Source of the DNA: Pyrinomonadaceae bacterium
Lineage (GTDB): Bacteria; Acidobacteriota; Blastocatellia; Pyrinomonadales; Pyrinomonadaceae
DNA length: 64,000 nt
Reading direction: 5' to 3'
Assembly: GCA_041751195.1 (NCBI GenBank)
Contig: JBGSXX010000002.1
Location: 35,839-99,838, forward strand
Shown: positions 29,788-38,879 of the stretch, in pieces
Layout: each line of letters begins with the position of its first letter
Position numbering within the stretch: the first letter of the stretch is position 1
The notes under the pieces: model-generated
The model's database searches: none
Seen by the model: only the letters and a program-made list of their open reading frames with translations
What the model was told of the DNA's origin: nothing
Made by a program: the position numbers and the translations under genes

Positions 29788-31239
29788 ATGAAAACCGAAA
29801 TAAAAGAAATTTCCCCGACCCGACGTGAATTGCAGATCGAGGTCGATACCGAGTCGATCAAGGAGGCGTACGGAAAGGTCAGCCAGCGATTTGCAAAGGG
29901 TGCGAACGTACCCGGATTTCGTAAGGGGCTGGCGCCGCTTGATGTGATCCGCCTGCGGTACAAAGAGGAGATAAGGCAGGAGGTACTGCAGCTGCTGTTG
30001 CCCGACAAAGTGGCTGCGGCGGTTGAGGAGCACGGTGTGCAGCCGCTGGCAGAGCCGCAGATCCATATCGAAAATATTGAGACGGTCCAGGTGAACGGCT
30101 CGGAGCCTATCTCGATGCACGTTCATCTTGAGGTGATGCCGACATTGCCCGATCCCGAATACAAGGGAATCGAGCTAAAGCGTCAGGTGAAGCCGGTGAA
30201 CGAAGAGCAGGTTGAGGAGTTGATCGCTCGTCGCGCTGCTGAACAGGCGGCTCTGATACCGGTAGAAGACCGGGTATCGGAAACGGGCGACACGGTTGTC
30301 GTGGATCTGGAGGGGAAGTTTGAGGACGACCCGGAAGGCGAGCCAATCACTGCCGAGGATCTTGAAATAAAGATCGGCGATGAAATGATCGAGGCGTCGT
30401 TTACGGAGAATCTTGCCGGTGTAAAACCGGATGAAACGAAAGATTTCACGGTGACGTATGCCGACGACTTTTCGTCTCCCGCACTTGCTGGAAAGACCGT
30501 CCATTACAAGGCGAACGTCAAGGCCGTGGGACGCATGGAAGCCCCGGAGATCGATGACGAATGGGCAAAGAGCTTGGATGAGGGCTACGAGTCGATGGAC
30601 GACCTTCGCACGAAGCTGCGGGCCGACCTGGAATCGGTAGAAACTGCGGATGCCGACGCTCGAGTGAGAAATGAGGCGATCGCCACGCTGATCGAGAAGA
30701 ACGGATTTGAAGTGCCGGGTTCGCTGATCGAGAATCAGGCGCAGAACCTGCTGAATAATTTTGCGAAAGACCTGCAGGGCCGCGGCGTCGACCTGAAGAA
30801 GGTTGAACGTGATTTCATCGAGATGGCGTACACGCAGATGCGTGAGCAAGCCGAGAGGGATGTTCGCGGCGCGATGCTGCTCGAAAAGGTTGGTGAGCTT
30901 GAGAAGATCGAGATCTCTGATGAAGACGTGAAAGAAGAGATCGCGAAAATGGCGGAGTATTACAACACCACGCCCGACAAGGTCGAGGCCGCCTTGGCAT
31001 CTCAAGGCGGAACCGCGGGAATCGAGAATAATCTGCGAACGCGTAGGTCGATCGAAAAGCTTGTTGAGCACGCGAAGGTCACGGAAGAAGAGTGGGTGGA
31101 AGAGGCTCCCCGGAACGAAACGGAAGCGCCTGCGGAGGTGGTGGACACTTCGGAAGTTGGTGAAACTGCGGAGGCGTCTGAAGAGAAACCTAAGAAGAAG
31201 CCCGCGAAAAAGAAGTCAGCGAAGGGCGACGCAGCATAA
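29788..31239 (+). CDS. tig: Trigger factor
   Basis: 483 aa. MKTEIKEISPTRRELQIEV... and FRKGLAP (the ribosome-binding GFRxGxxP motif). Canonical position upstream of clpP-clpX. Confidence 0.95.
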   Translation: MKTEIKEISPTRRELQIEVDTESIKEAYGKVSQRFAKGANVPGFRKGLAPLDVIRLRYKEEIRQEVLQLLLPDKVAAAVEEHGVQPLAEPQIHIENIETVQVNGSEPISMHVHLEVMPTLPDPEYKGIELKRQVKPVNEEQVEELIARRAAEQAALIPVEDRVSETGDTVVVDLEGKFEDDPEGEPITAEDLEIKIGDEMIEASFTENLAGVKPDETKDFTVTYADDFSSPALAGKTVHYKANVKAVGRMEAPEIDDEWAKSLDEGYESMDDLRTKLRADLESVETADADARVRNEAIATLIEKNGFEVPGSLIENQAQNLLNNFAKDLQGRGVDLKKVERDFIEMAYTQMREQAERDVRGAMLLEKVGELEKIEISDEDVKEEIAKMAEYYNTTPDKVEAALASQGGTAGIENNLRTRRSIEKLVEHAKVTEEEWVEEAPRNETEAPAEVVDTSEVGETAEASEEKPKKKPAKKKSAKGDAA

Positions 31240-31353
31240 TGCTTGCCTTTTGAACAGTTTTATGTAGAATTTGTAACCGGTCGAAGTATCAACAGATTAA
31301 CCACGCCCGGTTCAAGTAACCCCTAAGGAAAGATCGAAAGAGAGTTTAACGTT

Positions 31354-31941
31354 ATGGCATTGGTCCCAATGGTTGTCGAACAAACGTCCCGAGGCGAGCG
31401 GGCGTTTGATATCTACTCAAGGCTGCTAAAAGACAGCATTATTTTTATTGGAACGCCGATCGACGATCAGATCGCAAATCTGCTGGTCGCGCAGTTGTTG
31501 TTCCTCGAAGCTGAAGACCCGGAGCGCGACATCAATTTGTATATCAATACGCCGGGCGGTTCGATCACGGCCGGCATGGCGATTTATGACACAATGCAGT
31601 TCATCAAGAACGATGTGACCACGATCTGCGTTGGGCAGTGCGCTTCTATGGGTGCTTTGCTCCTAACGGCGGGTACTAAAGGAAAGCGTTTTGCTCTGCC
31701 GCATTCGCGCGTATTGATCCATCAGCCGTCGGGCGGAGCGACCGGACAGGCGACGGACGTAAGGATCATGGCTGAGGAAATCTTGAGAATGCGTGAACTT
31801 ACCTCGCGGCTTCTTGCACTGCATAGCGGCCAGTCGTTTGATCAGGTGGAAAAAGACGTCGAGCGCGATCGTATTCTGTCGCCGATCCAGGCAAAGGAAT
31901 ACGGCCTGATCGATGAAGTTATCGAGCATCGCGATAAATAG
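31354..31941 (+). CDS. clpP: ATP-dependent Clp protease proteolytic subunit
   Basis: 195 aa. [19 protein letters not shown] and the catalytic Ser context [11 protein letters not shown]. Confidence 0.97.
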   Translation: MALVPMVVEQTSRGERAFDIYSRLLKDSIIFIGTPIDDQIANLLVAQLLFLEAEDPERDINLYINTPGGSITAGMAIYDTMQFIKNDVTTICVGQCASMGALLLTAGTKGKRFALPHSRVLIHQPSGGATGQATDVRIMAEEILRMRELTSRLLALHSGQSFDQVEKDVERDRILSPIQAKEYGLIDEVIEHRDK

Positions 31942-31987
31942 AACACTCACACTCCGAGATCGGAAATTGACTGAGATCTGAAGATGT

Positions 31988-33232
31988 ATGGCGAATTTTA
32001 GACGACCCGAAGAACTTTTGTGCTGTTCGTTCTGCGGAAAATCTCAGAACGACGTCAAGAAACTGATCGCCGGCCCCGGCGTATATGTTTGCAACGAGTG
32101 CATTGATATCTGCAATGAGATCATCAATGACGACGAGCAGAACGAGTCCGCGGGTGTTCGAACCACGCTGCCCAAACCGCAAGAGATCAAGTCATTTCTC
32201 GACGAGTACGTGATTGGCCAGGACGAACCGAAAAAGCGTTTGTCGGTTGCGGTGTACCAGCATTATAAGCGGCTGGAGCTTGCTAAGCGTCGCTCGGATA
32301 TTGAGATCCAAAAGTCGAACATCCTGTTGATCGGGCCGACGGGAACGGGGAAGACGCTGCTGGCACAAACGCTGGCGCGAGTTCTTAGCGTCCCGTTCTG
32401 CATCGTGGACGCTACAAGCCTGACCGAGGCGGGTTATGTCGGTGAAGATGTCGAGAACATCTTGCTCAGGCTGCTGCAATCGGCAGGCAATGACGTGGAA
32501 TTGGCGCAGCAAGGAATTATCTACATCGACGAGATCGACAAGATCTGCCGCAAGGATGACAACCCGTCGATCACACGTGACGTTTCGGGTGAGGGTGTTC
32601 AGCAGGCGCTATTGAAGATACTCGAGGGAACGGTTGCGAACATACCGACCGGCGGAGGGCGAAAGCATCCGCAGCAGGAATTTACGCAGCTTGATACCAA
32701 GAACATTCTATTCATTTGCGGCGGAGCTTTTATCGGGCTTGAGAAAGTCATCGAGCGACGCTTCCGCAACAAGTCACTGGGTTTTCAGGCTGATGTTCGT
32801 ACCACCGCTCAGCGACAGGGTGAGGCGTTCAGCAAGCTCGAGCCGGAGGATCTGATCCACTACGGGTTGATCCCTGAGTTCGTCGGGCGGCTGCCGGTTG
32901 TGGGGACGCTGTCTGAGTTGGACGAAGACGCGCTGATCCAGATATTGACAGAGCCGAAGAATGCGCTTGTTCGGCAGTATCAGCGGAAGTTCGAATTCGA
33001 CAATATCAGCCTTAAGTTCACCGAAGGCGCACTTCGGGCGATCGCTCACCAGGCGCATAGCCGCAAGGTTGGCGCACGCGGGCTGATGATGATCATGGAA
33101 GAGATCCTGCTCGAATCGATGTTCGTGCTTCCGTCGGAAAAACGTGTAAAGGACCTGTTGATCACGAGCGAAATGATCGAGCGCAAAGCGCCGGTCTTCG
33201 ATCTTGTGAGTTCGATCGACCAGGCGGCTTAG
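31988..33232 (+). CDS. clpX: ATP-dependent Clp protease ATP-binding subunit ClpX
   Basis: 414 aa. N-terminal zinc finger CSFCGK...CNEC, Walker A GPTGTGKT and Walker [10 protein letters not shown]. Confidence 0.97.
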   Translation: MANFRRPEELLCCSFCGKSQNDVKKLIAGPGVYVCNECIDICNEIINDDEQNESAGVRTTLPKPQEIKSFLDEYVIGQDEPKKRLSVAVYQHYKRLELAKRRSDIEIQKSNILLIGPTGTGKTLLAQTLARVLSVPFCIVDATSLTEAGYVGEDVENILLRLLQSAGNDVELAQQGIIYIDEIDKICRKDDNPSITRDVSGEGVQQALLKILEGTVANIPTGGGRKHPQQEFTQLDTKNILFICGGAFIGLEKVIERRFRNKSLGFQADVRTTAQRQGEAFSKLEPEDLIHYGLIPEFVGRLPVVGTLSELDEDALIQILTEPKNALVRQYQRKFEFDNISLKFTEGALRAIAHQAHSRKVGARGLMMIMEEILLESMFVLPSEKRVKDLLITSEMIERKAPVFDLVSSIDQAA

Positions 33233-33250
33233 TTTATTTTCACAAATAGC

Positions 33251-33286
33251 GACCGGCTTATCGCGATGCGGTAGGCCGGTCTTTTT
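33251..33286 (+). terminator. Rho-independent terminator after clpX
   Basis: GACCGGC-N17-GCCGGTC followed by TTTTT. Confidence 0.65.
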
Positions 33287-33329
33287 GTGTACGCAAGCGG
33301 TCGGTTGGCGGGTGCTATAATCGGGGCAT

Positions 33330-34460
33330 ATGGAAGCGCAAATCAAGCTCGGGCGGATCTTCGGCATTCAGATCGGTCTTCATTACAGCTGGCTGATCAT
33401 CGCGGTGCTGATCGCGTTGTCGCTGGCGGCACACTTTAGCATGCAGCATCCGGATTGGGGCACCGGTGTGATCTGGACGATGGCGGTGATCACGGCGGTT
33501 TTGTTCTTTGGGGCGATCGTCGTGCATGAGCTTTCGCATGCGCTGGTGGCGATCAAGAACGACATGCCCGTGAAGTCGATCACGCTATTCGCGCTTGGCG
33601 GGGTTGCGCAAATTGAAAAGGAATCGGCGACGGCGAAGATCGAGTTTTGGATGGCGATAGTTGGGCCAATAACGAGCGCGGCTCTGGGGTTTCTCTTTCT
33701 AGCTATTGCGATGGCCATGGGATGGGAAGCGGCCGTGGGGCCGACGACGCCGCTAATGGCGATGATGGTGTGGCTGGGGTACATCAACATCGCGTTGGCT
33801 GTATTCAACATGATCCCGGGTTTCCCGATGGACGGCGGCCGGGTGCTGCGGGCGGCTTTATGGTGGATGACGGGGAACCAACGCAGCGCGACGAAGGGCG
33901 CATCGATCACGGGGCAAGTGATAGCGTTCGCGTTCATTATATTCGGATTGATCGGGTTCTTTCGGGGGCTGGGGTTCGGCGGTTTGTGGATCGCGTTCAT
34001 CGGATGGTTCCTGCTGAATGCGGCGCGGGCGACGCTGGTGCAGTCCGAAGTTTCGAGCGGATTGGAGGGCGTGACGGTCGGCGATCTGATGAACGTAGAT
34101 TGCCCGACGATCGAGAGTACTGAGAATTTGCGGACGGTCGTGCACGAGCACATGCTGCGGACCGGGCGGCGGTGCTTTGCTGTGATGGAAATGGACGAGC
34201 CGGTCGGGATCGTGACGCCGCAGGAGATCACGCAGGTCGAAGAGCGGAAGTGGCCGTTCACGCTCGCGGTCGAGGCGATGAAGCCGATGTCTGAGCTGCA
34301 CGTCGCGACGCCGGGAATGTCGGCAGGCGAGGCGCTTGAGATAATCGGGAAGCACAACGTTAACCAGCTGCCGGTGGTTTCGGGAGGGCGGCTTGCGGGG
34401 ATAATCTCACGCGACGGCATCTTGCGATATCTGGTGACGCGGAAAGAGCTGAAGATGTGA
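33330..34460 (+). CDS. Site-2 protease family (M50) metalloprotease with a CBS pair
   Basis: 376 aa. HELSHAL (HExxH) in a TM helix, a second metal-ligand region ([12 protein letters not shown]), and a C-terminal CBS-like tandem. Confidence 0.85.
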   Translation: MEAQIKLGRIFGIQIGLHYSWLIIAVLIALSLAAHFSMQHPDWGTGVIWTMAVITAVLFFGAIVVHELSHALVAIKNDMPVKSITLFALGGVAQIEKESATAKIEFWMAIVGPITSAALGFLFLAIAMAMGWEAAVGPTTPLMAMMVWLGYINIALAVFNMIPGFPMDGGRVLRAALWWMTGNQRSATKGASITGQVIAFAFIIFGLIGFFRGLGFGGLWIAFIGWFLLNAARATLVQSEVSSGLEGVTVGDLMNVDCPTIESTENLRTVVHEHMLRTGRRCFAVMEMDEPVGIVTPQEITQVEERKWPFTLAVEAMKPMSELHVATPGMSAGEALEIIGKHNVNQLPVVSGGRLAGIISRDGILRYLVTRKELKM

Positions 34461-34461
34461 T

Positions 34462-35829
34462 CTAGGCCATTCCGCGGATGGTTTCGAGAACAAAGTCGAT
34501 CTCGGCGGTCGTGTTGACGATCGACGGGGTCAGCCGCGCGTGCGGGAAGGCGTAGGGCGTGACTGATGCGACGATGCCGCGTTCCCCCAGGGCATTGACG
34601 GCGCCGCCGGAGGAATAGCCCGCGACGTCGAAACAGACGATGCCCGCGGAGATGTCTTCGCTTTGCGGCGTGACGAGGTCGACGTGTTCCATTTCGGCGA
34701 GGCCCTGTTTCAGGCGGCTCGCGAGTTCGCGGGTGCGTGCCTCGACGCGGTCTTTGCCGATGTCGAGCATGAAATCGAACGCGTCCGCCATTGCCCATTG
34801 GTGTTCGAAAGGTTTGAAGCCGCCGGGCGTCAGACGTCGGCCGGTCGTGGGGCCGCTGATTCCGCGGCCGGTTATCCAAGCGTTTCGGACGCTATTGTCG
34901 GAGAAAGTGGGGATCGTCGGTTCGATGTTTTCCCAGCCTTTGGCGCTCGCCCAGACGATGCCGGTGCCGCGAGGGCCGAAGAGCCATTTGTGGCAGCCGG
35001 CGGCGAAGTAATCGCATTCCAGATCGGCCATTTCTACGTCCTCGATGCCAAATCCGTGAACGCCGTCGACGGCGAGCAGGATGTTCTGATCGGGCTCGCG
35101 TGTCGCGTTGATCTCGCTGATGCCTCCAGAGATCTGCCGAACGGGGAGCTTGAGGCCGGTGCTCGAATGCACCCAGGTCAGGGCAACGACGCGCGTTTCC
35201 GGGAGGATGGCGTTGAGGATCCGGCTAGTTAGTTCGTCGATTGTGACGGTGTTGATGTCGGAGTACATCGGGATCGTGCGGTAAGTTGCTCCCGATTTCC
35301 CGCATTTGAGGCGGATGGCTTCGTCGGTGGAGTAATAATTTTGCTCGGTGGTCAGAAACTCCTGGCCGGGGCCGATCTTGATGCCGTTATAGATGAGTCC
35401 GAGGCCCATAGTGGTGCTGTCCGTGATCGCAATGTCCTCGTGCGACGCTCCGAGATAGCGGGCGGCCGCACGCAGGGTTTCATCTTCGTTGCCGCTGTTA
35501 TTTTCGTTCAGATAGCCGACCGGGTCGACATCGAGTCCGCGCCTGTGGCGTTCGATAGCCTCGCGGACGGGAGCGGGGTTCGCGGCGATGAGCAGTGCGC
35601 TCATGTGGATCTTGTCGTCGGTTAGCGCGAACTGGCTGCGGACCTTCGCCCAGTCATCGGAATCGGGCTGCTGCGCCGCGACGGGGATCGGCTTGGCAGC
35701 GCGGGTCGACCTTTCGGGCCCGTCGTCCGATCCGCACGCGACGGCCAGAGCCGCGCCGCCCGCGAGAGCAGCCTTGATAAAGTTCCGGCGATCAACACCA
35801 GAAGTGTTTCGATTCGATTCAGTTCGCAC
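34462..35829 (-). CDS. Class V aminotransferase-fold PLP enzyme with Tat signal and lipobox-like Cys
   Basis: ORF 34462..36081, but its N-terminal 84 codons run through repeat array A. An in-frame GTG at 35829 gives MRTESNRNTSGVDRRNFIKAALAGGAALAVACG (twin-Arg motif RRNFIK, then AVAC). The body resembles cysteine desulfurase / isopenicillin-N-epimerase-like enzymes (ALTWVHSSTG, CHKWLFGPRGTG). Confidence 0.7.
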   Translation of the reverse strand: MRTESNRNTSGVDRRNFIKAALAGGAALAVACGSDDGPERSTRAAKPIPVAAQQPDSDDWAKVRSQFALTDDKIHMSALLIAANPAPVREAIERHRRGLDVDPVGYLNENNSGNEDETLRAAARYLGASHEDIAITDSTTMGLGLIYNGIKIGPGQEFLTTEQNYYSTDEAIRLKCGKSGATYRTIPMYSDINTVTIDELTSRILNAILPETRVVALTWVHSSTGLKLPVRQISGGISEINATREPDQNILLAVDGVHGFGIEDVEMADLECDYFAAGCHKWLFGPRGTGIVWASAKGWENIEPTIPTFSDNSVRNAWITGRGISGPTTGRRLTPGGFKPFEHQWAMADAFDFMLDIGKDRVEARTRELASRLKQGLAEMEHVDLVTPQSEDISAGIVCFDVAGYSSGGAVNALGERGIVASVTPYAFPHARLTPSIVNTTAEIDFVLETIRGMA

Positions 35830-35971
35830 GATATGAGTGTCGATTGCAAACGAGGTGCCAACCGAACCACTTCGACCCCGGGTGCGAACGATATCGGTCC
35901 CCGATCCCCCGAGATATGCCCTGTCGACGATGCGGACACAATTTCCCGGGCGACGACCGCCCTCGGACACT

Positions 35972-36243
35972 GCGCACTCACCAGCTGCGTCAGCGCACTC
36001 GTCAGGTGCGTCAGCGCACTCGTCAGGTGCGTTAGCGCACTCTTCAGGTGCGTCAGCGCACTCAGTAGTGCGCCAGCGCACTCAGTAGGTGCGCCAGCGC
36101 ACTCGGTAGGTGCGCCAGCGCATTCGGTAGGTGCGCCAGCGCACTCAGTAGGTGCGCTAACGCACTCGGTAGGTGCGCTAACGCACTCAATAGGTGCGCT
36201 AGCGCACTCGGTAGGTGCGCTAACGCAGCTGATAGGTGCGCGG
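35972..36243. repeat. Array A: 13 tandem units (12 x 21 bp, one 20 bp) with a GTGCG-N4-CGCAC dyad
   Basis: Units start at 35972, 35993, 36014, 36035, 36056 (20 bp), 36076, 36097, 36118, 36139, 36160, 36181, 36202 and 36223. Consensus GCGCACTC(A/G)GTAGGTGCGC(C/T)A. The parse was verified against the translation of ORF 35833..36324. Confidence 0.95.
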
Positions 36244-36259
36244 TCGCTGGGGGCCGTGC

Positions 36260-36288
36260 TTGCGGTGTTTCGAGTGATTTGCTATATT
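36260..36288 (+). promoter_or_regulatory. Sigma70-like promoter candidate for the 228-aa gene (paralogue A)
   Basis: TTGCGG-N17-TATATT, 59 nt upstream of the ATG at 36348. Followed by leader stem-loop GCCTT-N7-AAGGC (36295-36311) and an ACAGGAG box. Confidence 0.45.
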
Positions 36289-36347
36289 CTTTTTGCCTTA
36301 TCATCCAAGGCGCTACCCCAGTAAATACAGGAGCTGCAAGAAAATAG

Positions 36348-37034
36348 ATGCCAGATAAACCTTTACCGAGAGGCGAGGCCGAGCTCGTGATCTTTCTTCA
36401 TGTTTTCAACGCAAAACTAGCTATTCACCACGTTGCTCTGGGCATTTCCGCCGAAGAAGTGGCCCAAATGCAGTTGAATACTGATAATTTTGTCTATCTC
36501 GTGAATCTTTCGAGGCAGGTGCAGGACACGCGTGATGCGTTTGCGCGGTTCAAAGATACGGCGCTGTACGGCGATCTGAACGAGCCGACGCCACACATTC
36601 CGGTGTTTCCCACTGTCGCACCGCCCGAGACCATCAGCACCGGGATCGTTACGTATTTGAAGATGATCATTCGCAAGATGAAGAGCTCGGGGAAGTGGAC
36701 ACGGCAGCTCGCGGAGGAATTTGGGCTGTGGACGGATGATCCCTCGCCGAATCCTGCGTCGATCACTCCTGTGCTGTCGGGCTGGGCGTTGCCGATGGGC
36801 GAGGTCGCGATCAAATTCCTCAAATATCGGCGCGAGGGCATTCGCCTTGAGCAGCGAATGAGGGGGGAGCAAACGTGGACGAGCCTCGGGAACTTTACGA
36901 AGTCTCCGATCATCCTGGGACCGGGCGGCAAAAACGGCGATCCGATCGCCTTCGAATTCCGCGCACGCTTCACCGAAAACGACAAACCCGTCGGCAACTT
37001 CTCATCAGTCATGACCGTCATCACAACGCCCTAG
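36348..37034 (+). CDS. Hypothetical 228-aa protein, paralogue A (helical N-domain plus FN3-like C-domain; family not recognised)
   Basis: An in-frame TAG lies immediately before the ATG. Aligns without gaps to 60912..61598, with 119/228 identical positions by hand count. The C-terminal ~95 aa follow an FN3-like pattern (...W..L...; FEFRARF; PVGNFSSVMTVITTP). No signal peptide. Confidence 0.8.
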   Translation: MPDKPLPRGEAELVIFLHVFNAKLAIHHVALGISAEEVAQMQLNTDNFVYLVNLSRQVQDTRDAFARFKDTALYGDLNEPTPHIPVFPTVAPPETISTGIVTYLKMIIRKMKSSGKWTRQLAEEFGLWTDDPSPNPASITPVLSGWALPMGEVAIKFLKYRREGIRLEQRMRGEQTWTSLGNFTKSPIILGPGGKNGDPIAFEFRARFTENDKPVGNFSSVMTVITTP

Positions 37035-37135
37035 CGGCGCGGTTTTAAGGGTGGCTACGTCCCCGCAACCGCTCTATATAAAACCCAAACCGTCCCCGGT
37101 CGGCTGCGCCGTCGTCTGAGCGTGCGTTTTCCAAA

Positions 37136-37477
37136 CTATTCGGGGCTATGAAAATCAAATGCCTCGGCTAACTCATCATTCTCAAAAAGGTCGGCGACCA
37201 GGCGCTCGACAACCTCGGTATTCAAGTGCTCGACGACTATCATATCCTTACAGAAGAAATACAGCCCTCCAGCGCAATCTCCATTTCTTTTGCTTCTTTT
37301 GAGCTGTGTCTGCAGGTTTACTAAAGTGAAAACCGTTGCCGTGTAGAAGCTACCATCATTCAAGGTTACCTGGACGTCGACATTATCGTCGTTCTCGTCT
37401 ATGGGGTCGGACCTACCCGAGAAGATAGTAATTACATACTGCGGTCTTCGTATCTCAAGATTTGGATTACTCTCCAT
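37136..37477 (-). CDS. Hypothetical small acidic cytoplasmic protein (immunity-protein-like, unverified)
   Basis: ORF 37136..37558; I preferred the ATG at 37477 (MESNPNLEIRR). AT-rich relative to its surroundings. The pattern ...GGLYFFCKDMIVVEHLNTEVVERLVADL weakly recalls small polymorphic-toxin immunity proteins. Confidence 0.45.
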   Translation of the reverse strand: MESNPNLEIRRPQYVITIFSGRSDPIDENDDNVDVQVTLNDGSFYTATVFTLVNLQTQLKRSKRNGDCAGGLYFFCKDMIVVEHLNTEVVERLVADLFENDELAEAFDFHSPE

Positions 37478-37575
37478 AGCAGTCCGTAGGAACTCGGCGC
37501 GTCTAGGTCTGTGATGCGCGGAAGTTGGTTGCGGTAGGAGCGCCTGGCATCGCGGCACCCCGGCCTACCTAGCGA

Positions 37576-38238
37576 TTAATGGTCTTTCCAGTCCGTTTGC
37601 ACTTTTTGATATCGCTTCGTCAGCAGCCTTGACTGTTTACTCTCAGTTCCCAGTAAGTCGACAAACATTTCGACCGTACCTTGATGGTTATCGGAATGTG
37701 GCCCGTCGAAAAGGAAATACCAAAAGGACGCAGCTTTCTCATCCGGCAACTCGTCCAATATTCGCTTTGCCTCATTCATATGATTTCGGACCAATGTCTG
37801 TGAGCGACGTTGAAATACCGAAATGGCATCTGCGTCCCATCTTCCATCGACTCCCGTGTGAATAACCTTATTCAGCTTTGCCAGATCCGACACTTCGGGG
37901 CAATCGAAAAAGTACTCCAGATGAGTTTCAGTCTGTGAAATCAAAACGCGTTCGCCCATCACCTCGTCGAACCCATACAGACTATCAAGCTCGGAGATTG
38001 ACTTTGGAAAAAGTTCGACGAAATTTTCGCAATTCTTAGTGTTATATGATTCAGTGAGATTCTTCGCGGCCAGTTCGAAGTGATCATCTACCTTCGGCGT
38101 ACCGCTTACCTGGATTGACGCGGTCTCGTTCGTTCTTGGATCGGCGTTCGGGCTAGGTTCAGGACTATTGCACGCAAAAGTCATAAACATGCCAAGACAG
38201 CCAGCAACGAAAACAGCTTTCTTACTTGTGTTACACAT
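37576..38238 (-). CDS. Hypothetical lipoprotein
   Basis: ORF 37576..38265 (TTG). The ATG at 38238 is 7 nt after AGGAGG. Signal MCNTSKKAVFVAGCLGMFMTFAC with a lipobox-like FAC. AT-rich. Confidence 0.6.
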   Translation of the reverse strand: MCNTSKKAVFVAGCLGMFMTFACNSPEPSPNADPRTNETASIQVSGTPKVDDHFELAAKNLTESYNTKNCENFVELFPKSISELDSLYGFDEVMGERVLISQTETHLEYFFDCPEVSDLAKLNKVIHTGVDGRWDADAISVFQRRSQTLVRNHMNEAKRILDELPDEKAASFWYFLFDGPHSDNHQGTVEMFVDLLGTESKQSRLLTKRYQKVQTDWKDH

Positions 38239-38268
38239 TAGTGTGCCTCCTGTGAAGATCGTCAAATC

Positions 38269-38646
38269 CTACCAAGGATCGATTGCAATTCGGCCGGACA
38301 GACTGTCGAACCTCACCAAGACCTGCCATGTAAATAGCTTCGATATAAGCGTTGCCTCGTCTCTTCCGTCCAGAATCTCCCTTATCCGACGATCCTCAGG
38401 TTTAAGAGAGTTTATATAGTCCCGACAACTGCCACTGTTCGATCGCGTGCGATTCTTGTCCGTTACAAAATAACGTGAAATCGTAGCTACACAGCCTTGG
38501 CAAAAAACCTTTTGAAGCGTGTTACCCTCGCGCAATAATCTGAATTTATACTCGGTGGACGTCTTGATAATTAAAAACAGCCCATCCTCATCCGGCTTCG
38601 CATTCTCAAGAAACAAGGGAGAGCCGCTCGTTAATGTTTCTTTCAT
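38269..38646 (-). CDS. Hypothetical protein
   Basis: 125-aa ORF. Its start overlaps the stop of 38643..38879 (ATGA). AT-rich. No motif recognised. Confidence 0.45.
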   Translation of the reverse strand: MKETLTSGSPLFLENAKPDEDGLFLIIKTSTEYKFRLLREGNTLQKVFCQGCVATISRYFVTDKNRTRSNSGSCRDYINSLKPEDRRIREILDGRDEATLISKLFTWQVLVRFDSLSGRIAIDPW

Positions 38647-38879
38647 GAACGCCTTGTACTGTCGAATCCTTCCGTTTCATTCAGCAATAAAAAAAGATCG
38701 CTATTTTTCACTACGACCTTTCCGGTATACCCATTCGACGATACGTCCAAAGCGATAAAGTAGCGGCCGTCTGAATCAAGCAAATGATCGAAGTAGTCGA
38801 GCTGATTCCCTAGGCCGCTAGTTGTGAAGGCCACCAAGATCGATATCGCGATAAGAAGTTCTATTAATTTTGTAGACAT
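38643..38879 (-). CDS. Hypothetical small secreted or anchored protein
   Basis: 78-aa ORF with an N-terminal hydrophobic helix (LIELLIAISILVAFTTSGLG). Translationally coupled to the downstream ORF. Confidence 0.4.
   Translation of the reverse strand: MSTKLIELLIAISILVAFTTSGLGNQLDYFDHLLDSDGRYFIALDVSSNGYTGKVVVKNSDLFLLLNETEGFDSTRRS

Noticed and set aside
30175-31071. A 298-aa ORF antisense to tig.
   Set aside because: It lies entirely inside the trigger factor gene on the opposite strand, with no motifs. tig is unambiguous.
33383-34879. A 498-aa minus-strand ORF across the S2P protease gene and the 3' end of the aminotransferase.
   Set aside because: It is a shadow ORF antisense to a gene with clear HExxH/CBS motifs. 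It is Arg/Pro/Ser-rich with no domain pattern.
35972-36243. A CRISPR interpretation of the three tandem arrays.
   Set aside because: The units are contiguous 21-bp repeats with no unique spacers. There are no cas genes in the window, and 21 bp is shorter than known CRISPR repeat-plus-spacer periods.
35833-36324. ORFs reading through array A. These are 35833..36324 (+), 36062..36304 (-) and the N-terminal 84 codons of 34462..36081. They encode heptad-like peptides such as SALAHLP/SALAHLL and APAHSVG.
   Set aside because: 21 nt equals 7 codons, so any tandem array without stops gives heptad peptides in all frames. The single 20-bp unit shifts the frame mid-array. The minus-strand ORF would start inside the leader of the 228-aa gene. 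The aminotransferase has a much more convincing Tat-signal start downstream of the array.
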